A stretch of 64,000 bases of DNA, from assembly GCA_004431415.1 (NCBI GenBank), contig QPMI01000610.1, forward strand, positions 306,074-370,073. The letters run 5' to 3'. Position numbers and translations under genes: made by a program. Positions 27,555-38,991 of this stretch are shown piece by piece (position 1 is the first letter of the stretch; the number at the start of each line of letters is the position of its first letter). The DNA is from Cyanophora paradoxa CCMP329 (lineage: Eukaryota; Plantae; Glaucophyta). A model generated the notes under the pieces. It did no database searches and was not told the origin of the DNA. It was given only the letters and a program-made list of their open reading frames with translations.

Positions 27555-28578
27555 CTGTTCTGTGCGCTCGGTCCCAGTCGAGTAGTGCTATGCGACGCAG
27601 ACTCGCCGGCGCCTCCTTAATCGGCTAGGCTCGACTTGCACCCGGATTAACACCCGTACCCCCTATTACAGACGTTCAGACGTTCTTCAAGCTGAAGAGG
27701 CGGGTCTGTGTGCTGTGTGCTGTACATGGTGCGCTGTGCGCTGTACATGTGTGTTGGCGGCCAGGCCGCGGCCTCGCCCGGGGTACGCGCGCGGTTTCCT
27801 TAAAACACGTACCCCAGCTGGATCGGACTTCGAGCCCTCGAGTTGTGGAGGTTATAACTGCCCGATCGGCTGTCACGATCGCGACGGCTGATAACGCGTA
27901 CGGCTCGATCGGCGTTCCCAGGACCTTCGGAATCCCAGGGCTGCAGTGCGGCGGGCGCGCGGCCTTCACCATCCGCTGATCGATGCCCTAGTAGCAGCCC
28001 TACTAGGAGCGGCCTGCCGCGGGTTTCAAAGTTTGAGAGGGAGCCATCGCCAAAACGCCTGGGCAAACCGTGAACGCCGCAATCCTAGGCCTCAGTTCGC
28101 TCAGCGGCTCTCTTCAAGGCTTACATTTCTCATCAGTTCGTCGGCGCTCGGGTGCGTTGAAGATTGCCTCCTCGTTCCGCATGCGCCGTCGCGCGCCGGC
28201 GCCCCCACCCCCGCCGCAAATGCGCGCATGCGCCGACGCCGGGCGGCTCGGCCCGCGGCCGGGGCCATCTTACTTGACCCCATCTAGGCTAGATCATCTG
28301 ATCTGCGCTGCGGTGCCATGGGCCATATGTATGGCCACTGGGCCAGCGGCGGCCGCCCGATCGTCCGCCGAATTCCATGGTCATCCGCGATAACGATGTC
28401 TAAAAGATCTACGGATACATCCGTGTAGTGAAGTACAAGATCTAGGGTTCTTCTAGATCTTCGCCATAGACCTAGGCTCAAGCTTGCCCGCGGCTCAGCC
28501 CGGCAGCGGCGGCTCTCGCGAACGACGGCGGCCGCTGATCTCTAGCTTGGCTGCCGGTATGCGCAGGAACTCGAAACC

Positions 28579-31197
28579 ATGAGCACTCCTCCTCCTCCTC
28601 CTCCTCCTCCTCCTCCTCCTCCTCCTCCTCCGACTTACACTCCTCCTCCTTCGTACACTCCTCCCCCTACCACCGTCACTTTCGAAGTGCGTACGCGAGC
28701 CGCGGCGCTCTCTCTCTCTCTCTCTCTGGGATTCAATTGACTTTTCGCGGCCAGTGCTATGACAACTACACGAACATCAGTACGGACAGCATGGGACAAA
28801 CTCAGTACACCCACCTCGGGTCGTCTCTGTCGAGTGGTATATATATATCGTTTGTTTCGAACTTGATTTTTTCGCCAAGTCGGACGTTCAACTTGTGAAA
28901 CAGGCCCGATGAAGGACGCGACTGGGAACAACATTCAGGACCCCACGGTAGCGAAAAAGTGCGTCATCGGACTCGGGGACGCCTGCTGTGGTCGCGGGGA
29001 ATGCGGCTAGATCTGATCATGAGCGCATGTTTAATTTTCCGTCTGCGCAGCACTTGCTTCCAGACCCTCGGGGGCGAGTCGCTGAAGCAGACCACGACTG
29101 TGACCAACCCTGACGGTACCTATCCCCTCCTATAGCTAGGATTCACTGCTCCCTTAAGCTTTTCCCTATAGCTAGGTCTTGCCATCGTTCCCTCGCCAAC
29201 GAGTTTGTAATACCCCGATCGCGCGCCAACCCCGGCCCCTAGGCCTGCTAGGTCACCGGGTCCTGGCCCCCTAGGCCTGCTTCCGGCCGCGGGCTGCAGC
29301 TGCACCCCCTCCTCCCCCCCCCCTCCCCCCCTCCCCCCTCCCCTCTCGCCTCACGAGGCCCCACCCCCTTGCCATTCGCATCGTACTAGCCGTAGGCGTT
29401 ATATAGCCTAATCATTTTTGAATTTCCCCCCATTGTAATTCCCTTGCGACCCCAGCTAATTATAATTTCCCCTTATCGGGACCACCCGAGCTAATCCCTT
29501 GCAATCGCGCGACAGGCACCACCAATTCGATGACCAGTGTCACGACGAAGGATATTTTGACGTGCTACGACGCGTACAAGTGCGCCTGCCTCTGGATGTC
29601 GGCACGAAGCCATTTACGCTCGCTCGCTGACCCCCCCGGCCCCCCCCCCCCCCCCCCCCCCCCTTACAGTTGCGGCACCGCATTCAACGGCATTACGGGC
29701 TCTAGCCTCGGTTCGGTCGCGTCGCAGGAGTGCGTTTAATTCCGTCTTCAAAACCTTCAAAAAGGACCCTCGATTAACTTTGCATTGCAATCGCAGCGCT
29801 TGCTGGGCGCAGGCCAACGGCATGTCCGTCCTCGTCGAGTGTAGCTTCTTTACTTCGAATTTTGCGTTGCTTCATGTACATGTTCCTCGCCTCATTTAAA
29901 CGCAGCGTACAACGGAAATGGAGGCTTCAACACTAGATGCGACGAGTCCACCAAGGTAGTGCACGTGCTCTCGGCATCTTTGGCCAGTCCGGCGAGCCGA
30001 ACGGCTGTCGCGCCGCGCAGGGTACCTGCTATTCGAATTACAATGCGGGTGGCAACTCGATGGGCATTGTCAAGGATCAGCAGTGCGCAACTCGCGCCGC
30101 ATTAATATTAACTTGCGTTTTCATCTGATTTTTGTGATCGGCAGGACGTGCTGGTCATTGAACGGCAAGTCGTTCACCAACAAGCAGATGGTGTACGATC
30201 AGGCGACCAGCACGCAAGAGGCCAAGCTCGTCAACGTGAACGAGCCATCGGGTACTTGCTACAAGAGCACCACCGGCTCCGGCATCACCTCCTCCGATCC
30301 CAACGCCGGCAAAGACCAGCTGTGCGCTGTCGATTTTCTTCTCTCTCGCAGGCATGCGCACCGCCATTCAAAGCGCCAACTTCGGAATGCAGGTCCTGCT
30401 TCCACTCCATGACGAGCAAGGGGTGCTCCTTTGTGCCGAACGCAAACACCAGCACCGTCAAGGTCAACGAACAGTGCGGTGCGCGGAGTGATATCGATGA
30501 TCACGATCACCCCTAGACCTGCTTCTGATCATGAGATTGCTTGCCTGCAGGGACATGCTACAGCACGTCTACTTGCGACGCTGGGACGGAACTCAGCGTG
30601 TCCGGCGACCCGACATCCGGGTGCGCGAGGGCATTTCTACTAGGCTAGGAATTCCGGATCCGGGCCTGGCGTTGCGGGGCCCCCGCGCGCGACCGCGCTC
30701 CTGCTCGCGAAGGCTGACGGCCTAGGTCTGCTCGTCGTACACGTGCGCAGCAACTGCATGAACACGACCGGCGCCTCCGGCTTCAAGAGCGCCGCCACCA
30801 ACTCGTGCACGTCTCTCCTGAAGAAAGTTGCGCCGCTGATGCTCGACGAGGAGGGCCAGGCCTTCGCCGACGAGGTGAGGCTTGGAGCGCTGATCCACCC
30901 CGCCGGTTACAATAAACGTTGCGGGCCGCGTCGCCCCCGACCCCGTTTTCGAAATTTTGTACTCCGATCCTAGCTGTGATGATGTCGACCTTCTGAGTCT
31001 CTTAAGAGTCTAAACTCGAATTCGCGCAGGGCGCGTTCGACGTGGAGCTCGACGCGCTCGATGCCGACCTCCTCACCGACGCCTTCGCCGTGCGCCCGGC
31101 TCATCATGAGCTCGCTAATATATAATATAACCCCTCAAAGAATCTGATGCACACGCGCGCCGCGCAGGCCGAGGCCGAGTTCGCCGATGCCGAGTAA
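28579..31197 (+). CDS. Pro-rich/Cys-rich repeat protein with acidic C-terminal tail (paralog A); 5' end uncertain
   Basis: Poly-Pro exon followed by ~5 repeats of type (G)TCY...x-C[FWM]...GxSF. Clean GT-AG exons end in LDEEGQAFADE|GAFDVELDALDADLLTDAFA|AEAEFADAE*. Confidence 0.7.
28588..28633 (+). repeat. (CCT)n microsatellite encoding poly-proline
   Basis: About 15 tandem CCT units, in frame with the TYTPPPSYTPPP segment. Confidence 0.9.
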
Positions 31198-31290
31198 CCA
31201 TTTGGCAATCGCAATCGACACTATGCACATGATCGCCCGCTTGGCGCCATTCACAATTGCAAATGTATAGCATCCGAAATAAGAAACATT
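31012..31290 (+). repeat. Duplicated block (last two exons + 3' UTR of the Cys-rich gene); other copy at ~38000-38300
   Basis: Near-identical sequence, e.g. gcgcgttcgacgtggagctcgacgcgctcga and tgatcgcccgcttggcgccattcacaattgcaaatgtatagcatc. Confidence 0.95.
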
Positions 31291-31309
31291 CTACATGTAA
31301 AAGCAGCGC

Positions 31310-33760
31310 GGAGCAGTGATGGCCGTTTAATATTAATATCCAGTAATAAACATTATTATAATGCATTCCAGGAGGGGACCCCGCCGGGGTCGTTTGCGTT
31401 ATTCAAGCACACCTCTATCTACGTGACCGAGGCGTGCTACTCTACTGGCGCCCGCCCCGGACAGCGGGGGCGCGGGGCCACTATGAAGAGGTATATGTAC
31501 AAGTGGTAGTGCTAGAAGCCGATGTGGAAAACCGATTGCACGGATGATCATGATCATGAACTGAGGCGATGTCGGAGATCTACGAGGTATGCATATACAA
31601 GAGCGTGCCGGACCGGACCCGTCGGGGCATGGGGACGCCCTCTAGAGGGCTGGTGCGTCAGGGCAGCCAGGGGCCGCCCCGCGAGCCTAGTCCGCCACGC
31701 GGCGAGTATACGTAGAGCTGACGCCCCCTAACGGGCGCCAGGTGCTCGTCTCCGGAATGCTAGAGCGGCGTCTGGAAAGACTAGTGGTCGTTGAGGCGAG
31801 GTGGGACATCGACCGAAAATAAGCACTGGCTGGTCCCTACGGCTATGTACATGAGTTTGTAGTCGACGTGCTCATCTAAAACTTCGATGGGGCTCTACAT
31901 AATAGGTACTGCTAGCGGCGCTATAGCTAGCTGAGGAACGGAACGGAACGGAGGAAGGGAGGGGAAGGCCCGAATACAAAAAGGAAATGAGGACGCCCGG
32001 CCGCAGGGGCCGTCTCTGCTAGTGTTCGCCGTCGTCAAGGTGGGAGGCCCACCCCGTGGCCGCCGCCGGCGCGGCCACGGGTCGCGCTGCCGCACACCGC
32101 GGGCGCGGGGATCGGGAGGGTCAGGAGGGCGGGGGCCGCGGCCGTGGCCACGGACATGCCGGGGGGGGGGGGGGTCGCCGCATTCGCAGGGCCCGAGAGG
32201 AGGTGGACCAGAGCCCGGGTCGCCGCCTGGCAGGGAGGGCCGGGCGACAGGGGCCGGGGCGGGGGCGGGGCGGGGGCGGGGTGGATCAATGGAGCAAGAA
32301 CCTGAGGCCTGGGGCGCGGAGAGTGAGGCGCGCGCGCGCCATGGCGGCCCGGCGCCGGCGGAAAAGCGAGAAACGGTGGCGCAGGCACGCTGCCAGTGCA
32401 GCAAAACTAAAAGGCGCCATGTCTCTTCCTGGCCGCTCGACGGGCCGCCCGGGACGGCATTTGCACAGCGCCCCGCGAGGGCAGGCCGAGCGCCGTCGGG
32501 GCAGGCCACGTCGTCGCATGCGCAGACATGGGACGGCGAGCGGTATTCATGGCTTAAAAGTAACGATATCGATGCAGTCGTGCAGCTATGAGGGCGTACT
32601 CGGCTGCGCGCTGAGGGCCTAAGCGACGTCTCCAGTCTCTAAGCGGCGGCCGGCGCCGCGGTCGCTAGATCTGGCTGAAGTGCTATAGCTAGTGCGGACA
32701 GGGCGGCTGTGCCACGGGGCGGTGGGGCAGCGCGCGGGGGCAGCGCAGGCGGCTCCCTGGCGGTATCGAAGCCCGGTGTCGATGATCGCCCTCGCGTACG
32801 CCTGCGCGCGCCCGCGTGCACGAAGCTGCCGAGTGGAAAGCGTGAGCCCGAGCCCGTGATCGACGGAGCGCAGAGCATCGGTGCCTATGAAGAGCAGTTA
32901 AGAGCGAGGGGATAGCGTCCTGGTGGCCGCGGTTGGCGACCCTTGCCCAGTTCGCGTACGCGAGGGCCGCGCTCCCGATCGGGCCGCGCTCCCGATCGGG
33001 CGAGCGGGGCCGGCTGGACGGCTGTTCGATCGCACACTGAGCTACCTGCGACTAGGGCTGAAGGCCGGCAGCGACTGCTGGCGCGCGGAATGCGAGAACC
33101 GATACGCTTGCTCCCTGGGAGGCGTGGCGGCTTGGGGAGGTTTTCGGACACGCTGCGGAGTCTCTGCGGGGGCCCACCGGTCGCCGCTATCCCGCGCGCC
33201 CTACTCTACGCTCCCGGCGTGCTCCCAGGGGGGTACCCCAAATTCTTCCATTATTATAATGCATTATAATAGTATTATTATAAGGTTCCCCCGAATCGGG
33301 GACCTTAACAATACAATATTAATATACGGGGGTACCCCCTATTAGTGCGCTTTCTTTTGCCCAGGAGCGCACCACGACGCAACTTCACGCTTTAAAACGA
33401 TGTTTAAGATGTGTCTGAAAGCTCTGCGAGCGCTCGGACATCCTGACAGCTCCATGGAACACACCTCAGGTACCATACCCCTCTCACCATCTCTTAAAGA
33501 AGGCACAAGCCTGTTCTAAACACGTAGCTGCACTGTTCAAACGGTCGAATCTTGCTTATCTGCTTCATTTAAGAGTGCTGAATGTACGAAGAAGAAGCAG
33601 CACGGGGCTGCCGGGGCTCTTCATTTGTATGGAGCATTATTATAATACACTATAATGTTATTAATATTATAATAAAGACCTTAACTATTAATGTTAAGGT
33701 CGGCGTTTTGGGGAGTATTATTAACGTAGAGCCACGAAATTTTAACCGCTCGAACGTTTT
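31310..33760. mobile_element. ~2.4-kb segment absent from the paralogous duplicate; probable decayed transposon(s)
   Basis: Flanks align with the nearly contiguous 38300-38360 region. Contains a recurrent cattattataat motif (31351, 33249, 33636), ggggtacccc palindromes and broken ORF fragments. Confidence 0.45.
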
Positions 33761-33836
33761 AACGTAGAGCCACGAAATAAATTAACGTGAGGCCTAGAAT
33801 TCGGAGCCGACGCCGGTCGGGCGCGCTGGGCTGTAG

Positions 33837-35687
33837 CTAGCCGACGTCGAGGGCGGCGCGGGGGAAGAGGCGACGCAGGAGCTCCGAGGCGGCTCGCCGC
33901 AGCGCCTCGTCCGCCCCGCGCTCCCCGCTGTCCGTCTGCAATCGAGCGGAGTGCGCCGCCAGTGAGACGAGAGGCGAAAGGGGTGGGCCGGGGGAGGGGG
34001 CCGGGCCCTGGGCACGCGCCTCGACGGTGAGGGAGAGGCCGCCCCCGAGCCGCGACAGAGGCTCCATCGCCTGCGTGCGGGGCCGCCGGCGCCGGGCCCT
34101 GCCCGTGAGCTCCGAGAGGGAAGAGGAAGCAGCGCGGGCGGGTGCGCGCCTCGTAGGGGGCGAGGTCGCGGCGGGTGGCGACGACGTGGGAGAGCGCGGC
34201 GCGCCGCAGCTGGGGCCCGCAGCCGGCCAGCGCGCGCGCGACCGGCTCCTCCAGGGGCCCCTCGGCGCTCAGCTCGCACGCCGCCAGGCAGCCCCGCGCC
34301 GCCTCCAGCGCCCGCGCCACCGCCTCCCCGTCTGCACCGGCCCAGTCGGCGGGCCGCGGGGCGGCGGGGCCGCGGCGGCGGTGCGGGGACCGGGGTAGAG
34401 GGGGGCGGCGAGCTCGAGCGAGGCGGGGGCGAGGGAGGCGCCGAGGGCGTCGGCGAGGCCGTGGAGGTGCTCGGGGGAGGCGGCGGCGAGGGAGAGGGCG
34501 CGGAGGCGGCCGAGGCGACCCCACTCGGCGAGGTCGGCGCGGGCGACGCCGGGGGCGAGGGCGAGGCGGCCCTCGACCCCCTCCAGGCCCTCCATGCACG
34601 CCACCGCCAGCGCCCCCGCCGCCGACAGCACCGCTCCCTCCGCGCCGCTGCCGCCGCGTCTTCTTCTTCTTCTTCTTCTTCTTCTTCTCCGCTGGGCGGG
34701 GCGCACCTGAAGGCGAGGGAGCGAAGGGAGCGGCCGGCGGGGCCCTGGGCGAGCTCGGCGAGGCCCGGGCCGAGGGGGAGGGGCCCCGGGAGGGCGGCGC
34801 GGGCGGCGAGGCGGCGGAGGGAGGGGAGCGGGGCGAGGGCCGCCACGGCGGCGTCGCTCTGCAGGGGCGCCGAGAGGCTCTCCAGGCCCGGGCAGCAGGC
34901 GGCGAGGGCCGCCGCCCCCGCGGGGCACAGCGCGGCGAAGGCCGGCAGCGCGAGCGAGCGGAGGCATTTGAAGTGGCCGAGGGCGCTCCGGAGCCACGCG
35001 GCGTCGACCAAGTCCGGCGGGGTGAGCGCGGACACAGCGTCTGCGCGCCGTCAGCGGCGGCGGGCCCCGTGCCGCCCTCGCTCGGCGGGGCGTACCGGGC
35101 CAGAGGGCGCTGGGGCATGCGAGGGAGAGGTCCCGCACGCGCGCCTGCGCCTGCCCGCCTGCCGCGGGGCGGAGAGCGGCGAGGGTTTTGTGGAGGATCG
35201 TCCGATTCTGCCAGACGTAGGCCGAGAGGTCCGAGGTGCGCCGGCGCCCCGCGTCGCTCTCAAGGTGCACGGTGGCCTCCAGCCGCGCCGGGCCGCCCGT
35301 GGCCGCCGCGACCGCCGCCACCAGCGAAAAGCAGGCGGCCCGGGCGCCCTCGTCGTCCGCAACGTCGAGCAGGAGCGCGCAGTCGGCGTGCAGGACCAGC
35401 CGCCGTGTGGCGATGAGCTGCTCCAAGCGCTGCAGGTTGGCGCGCGAATCCGCGCCCACGTGCAGAATTAGGCTGGCCCACTCCACGGCTTCGACCGCAT
35501 CCTTCAAAGCCTTCGATGCGGCGCGTAGGCGCCAGGCTGCGCGAAGATCGAGCTGGGAGACGATGCGCGCCAGCAAGTCAAGAGGCAGGTCCTCCAACAC
35601 TACGGAATCTGCAAGCGCCCTCGTCGCCGCTCTCGCACGCGCCTTGGCGTCCAGAAACCCCCGCCGCATCGCAGGGCTCACGTGCAC
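33837..35687 (-). CDS. F-box protein with degenerate LRR-like C-terminus; 5' end uncertain
   Basis: F-box LEDLPLDLLARIVSQLDLRAAWRLRAASKALKDAV; LRR-like LRSLALP, CCPGLESL, LPSLRRL, LRALSL. Stop at 33837. Confidence 0.75.
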
Positions 35688-36650
35688 AGCAGGCGGGCGC
35701 CAGGGTGGCTGAATTGCAGTACCCCTTTACTGGGAGGGGGTTGAGCCCGCATCAGGGTACTGGTAAGAACATCGCCATTTCGGTGCGCTTTCTGCTAAAG
35801 ATCATGCTACTAGTATGCCGTCGGACGTTTGCCCACCCACCTCAATAGATGTGGACAAAGTTAGACGAGCTGGTCACTCCATACAAGGGGTACTATGGTA
35901 TACCCCCTTTAGGGCAGTTAGGCGGGGATTAAGTTATAATTAGACGTCGACGAATGGGTTACCTCGTCTATCCGCGTCTATATTAATACCCGTTTAAAAT
36001 AACAGCCTTACAGTACTACGGTAGTACTAGACTACTAGTACTAGATATCAAAGAAAAAAGTACCACTTAGCGTAAAAAAGTACCACTCGGCGTACTTGAA
36101 CGGTACTTCAGGTCAGGGTTGTGAACCGACACGCCTCTCGGAGGCTCACATTGCCTAGCAGGAGCCTGCCAGGAGGCTGCCACAAGCCTGCCAGGATGAT
36201 GGCAGGCTCGTCACTGATGGCAGCCATTGCAATTGGCAGGATCCCGTTTCCGAATTCCGTCGACGTCACGGGGTCGAGTCGCCGTCGACTCGCCGTCGAG
36301 TCGCCGACGACTCGCCGTCGACGCCGACGTCATATGCATATGCATGATCTCAACTGTCAACTTGAGCAGCCCGCGGCCGCCGGCCGCGCCCTCCGGCTCC
36401 CGGGACCCGGGAGTCCGCGCGCGCGGCCGGTCCGGATCATTCGATTCGAATTACAATTGCAAGTTATTCGGATCCCGGACTCCCGGGATCCCGGAGTCCA
36501 GCAGCCCAAGCTTAAGCAGACTTCAACTAGTACTGCAGTGTAAACCGTCGGACTCTAGAACCGTACGCGTTGAACTGCAGTCTAGATCTGCAGCCTTCCC
36601 GCGGCCGGAGTCCGAGCTTCTGAAGTTAACGCGTACGGTCGTCCCCGAAG

Positions 36651-38216
36651 ATGAACGGCTCGTCTGGGACTTGCTACTCAGGCTCTTACGCCAATGTGAG
36701 CTCAAGTACTGCGCTTGCTGCCCCCGTTAACGTTCCCAGGGGCGGGCGCGCCCGCGCCTCGTTCGGCCGACCGCGCGCGCGCTTCCAAATTGCCGAATTC
36801 TAGATCTAGATCTGTTTTTGGTGTGGGTGGCCTCGCGTGCGCTTACACGTGTTGCAGGGAACAGAGATCGCCTCTTACGTCAGCGAAGCGTGCGTTGCAG
36901 CTGCGCATGCACGTGCATATGCATGCTAGCATATCATAGTATACGTATACATGACACATGCATATGGATATCGGTCGACCGTCGGACGTCATGAATTCGA
37001 ATCGGATCGGTGATCATGAGCTGATCACAAAAATGTTTGCGTTCGTTCGCGCAGGGAGTGCTTCTCAGAGGACAAGAACATCAACCCGATCGGCGCCGGC
37101 TGTTCTTTCAGAGGTAACGATGGCAAAATTCAATTCAACGTGAATTGCGGCAAATGCTACGCAACCACCGATTGCACGGGCACCGAGATCAGCATCCCCG
37201 CTCCCTCGACCCTCTCGTGCGCCGCGCCCATGCATGCGCACATACATCGCGATCGCGATCTCAGAGTCTGAAGATCAGCGGCTTCAGGTTTAGCATATGC
37301 ATGTTTACATAAAGAGAACGAAGTGGATTTAATTTAGATGTGCCCGTCGACGTCATAAGATCGATCAATAATAAATATATATATCAATTATATAATTACA
37401 TTTACATCAAATTGATAACCTCAAGCCCGCGAACGTCCATACCGTTCGAATTCTTCGCCGAGAGTCGTTGTGACTTCAGATTGAATTTAAATTCAGTATA
37501 TATACACGTACTTATAACTGATCAAGGGCGACGCGTGGGGCGCAGCAAGTGCCAGGGTTCGGACGTCGGCGGGAAGAGTTTCAAGAGCGACTCTCAAGGC
37601 AGCACGTGCCAGGCGCTCAACACGGCCACCACCACCGGGGGTACCACCACCACTGCGACGTCGACGGGAAGCCCGCCGCCTCCGCCCCCCGGCTTCACCG
37701 GCAGCGTCCCGCCTCCCCCTCCCCCCAGCAGCACCGGGACGGTGTCTCCATGCCCCACCGGCCAGTACTGGAGCTCGTCGACGCTCTCGTGCGTGTCGAG
37801 GCTCCTCGACGAGCCCCACCAGGTGCAGGCCGAGGCCGACGAGGTGAGCCCCGGGCCCGCGCGTGGCCTCGTGCACCATCGCGAGTCTGGTTTAAATTTT
37901 CAGCTTGTGCACGGCCTTCTAGAGCCCGAGAAATTAGTATATACATATCTATAGCTTGCAATATATATGTATAGATTTATTATATATCTTTGCATCCTCT
38001 AAACTCAATTTTGCAATTGCGCATATGCATGCGCAGGGCGCGTTCGACGTGGAGCTCGACGCGCTCGAGGCCGACCTCCTCACCGACGCCTTCGCCGTGC
38101 GCCCGGCTGATCATATGCATGAGCTCGCTAATATATAATATACCCCCTCAAAGGATCTGATGCACACGCGCGCCGCGCAGGCCGAGGCCGAGTTCGCTGA
38201 TGCTGATCATGAGTAA
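36651..38216 (+). CDS. Cys-rich repeat protein paralog B with the same acidic tail (possibly decaying); 5' end uncertain
   Basis: Exons GTCYSGSYAN|GTEIASYVSEA|ECFSEDKNINPIGAGCSFR, GGKSFKS...PPPPPP...CPTGQYWSSSTLSCV, LLDEPHQVQAEADE|GAFDVELDALEADLLTDAFA|AEAEFADADHE*. Introns are swollen with palindromic insertions. Confidence 0.6.
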
Positions 38217-38397
38217 CCATGACACTTTGTGCAAATATATGATCGCCCGCTTGGCGCCATTCACAATTGCAAATGTATAGCATCTGAAATAAGAAACATT
38301 TTTCGTGCAACAGTAGCGCGGGGGCCTCGCCACTCGCACGTGGAGGCACGAAATAAATTCAAGTAACCTGAAACCTAGAATCCGGGGGCCGAATTAA

Positions 38398-38991
38398 GCC
38401 GGTCGGGCGCGCTGGGCTGTAGCTAGCCGACGTCGAGGGCGGCGCGGGGGAAGAGGCGACGCAGGAGCTCCGAGGCGGCTCGCCGCAGCGCCTCGTCCGC
38501 CCCGCGCTCCCCACAATCCGTCTGCAATCGAGCGGAGTGCGCCGCCAGTGAAACGAGAGGCGAAAGGGGTGGGCCGGGGGAGGGGGCCGGCCCCTTGGCG
38601 CGCACCTCGACGGTGAGGTAGAGGCCGTCCCCGAGCCGCGACAGAGGCTCCATCGCCTGCGTGCGGGGCCGCCGGGCCCTGCCCGTGAGCTCCGAGGGGG
38701 GAGAGGAAGCAGCGCGGGCGGGTGCGCGCCTCGTAGGGGGCGAGGTCGCGGCGGGTGGCGACGACGTGGGAGAGCGCGGCGCGCCGCAGCTGGCCATGGG
38801 GCCCGCAGCGGGCCAGCGCGCGCGCGACCGGCTCCTCCAGGGCCGGACCGGGGCCCGTCGGGGCTATATATAGCTAGCGCTCATGATCAGCTCGCACGCC
38901 CGCGGCCGCCGCGGCCGGCGCCATGGCCAGGCAGCCCCGCGCCGCCTCCAGCTGCAGCGCCCGCGCCGCGGCCGGCGCCACCGCCTCCCCG
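38398..38991 (-). pseudogene. 5'-truncated duplicate of the F-box gene 3' end (33812-34330)
   Basis: High identity to 33812-34330, interrupted by many 6-nt palindromic insertions, then dissolving into palindrome-rich sequence. Confidence 0.85.

Noticed and set aside
32920-33030. WPRLATLAQF...RLFD resembling a hAT transposase dimerisation motif
   Set aside because: Similarity is too weak, the frame is broken, and no other transposase motifs are visible.
34659-34688. (GAA)n read as poly-Glu/Lys in the ORF track
   Set aside because: Lies within a GT-AG intron of the F-box gene.
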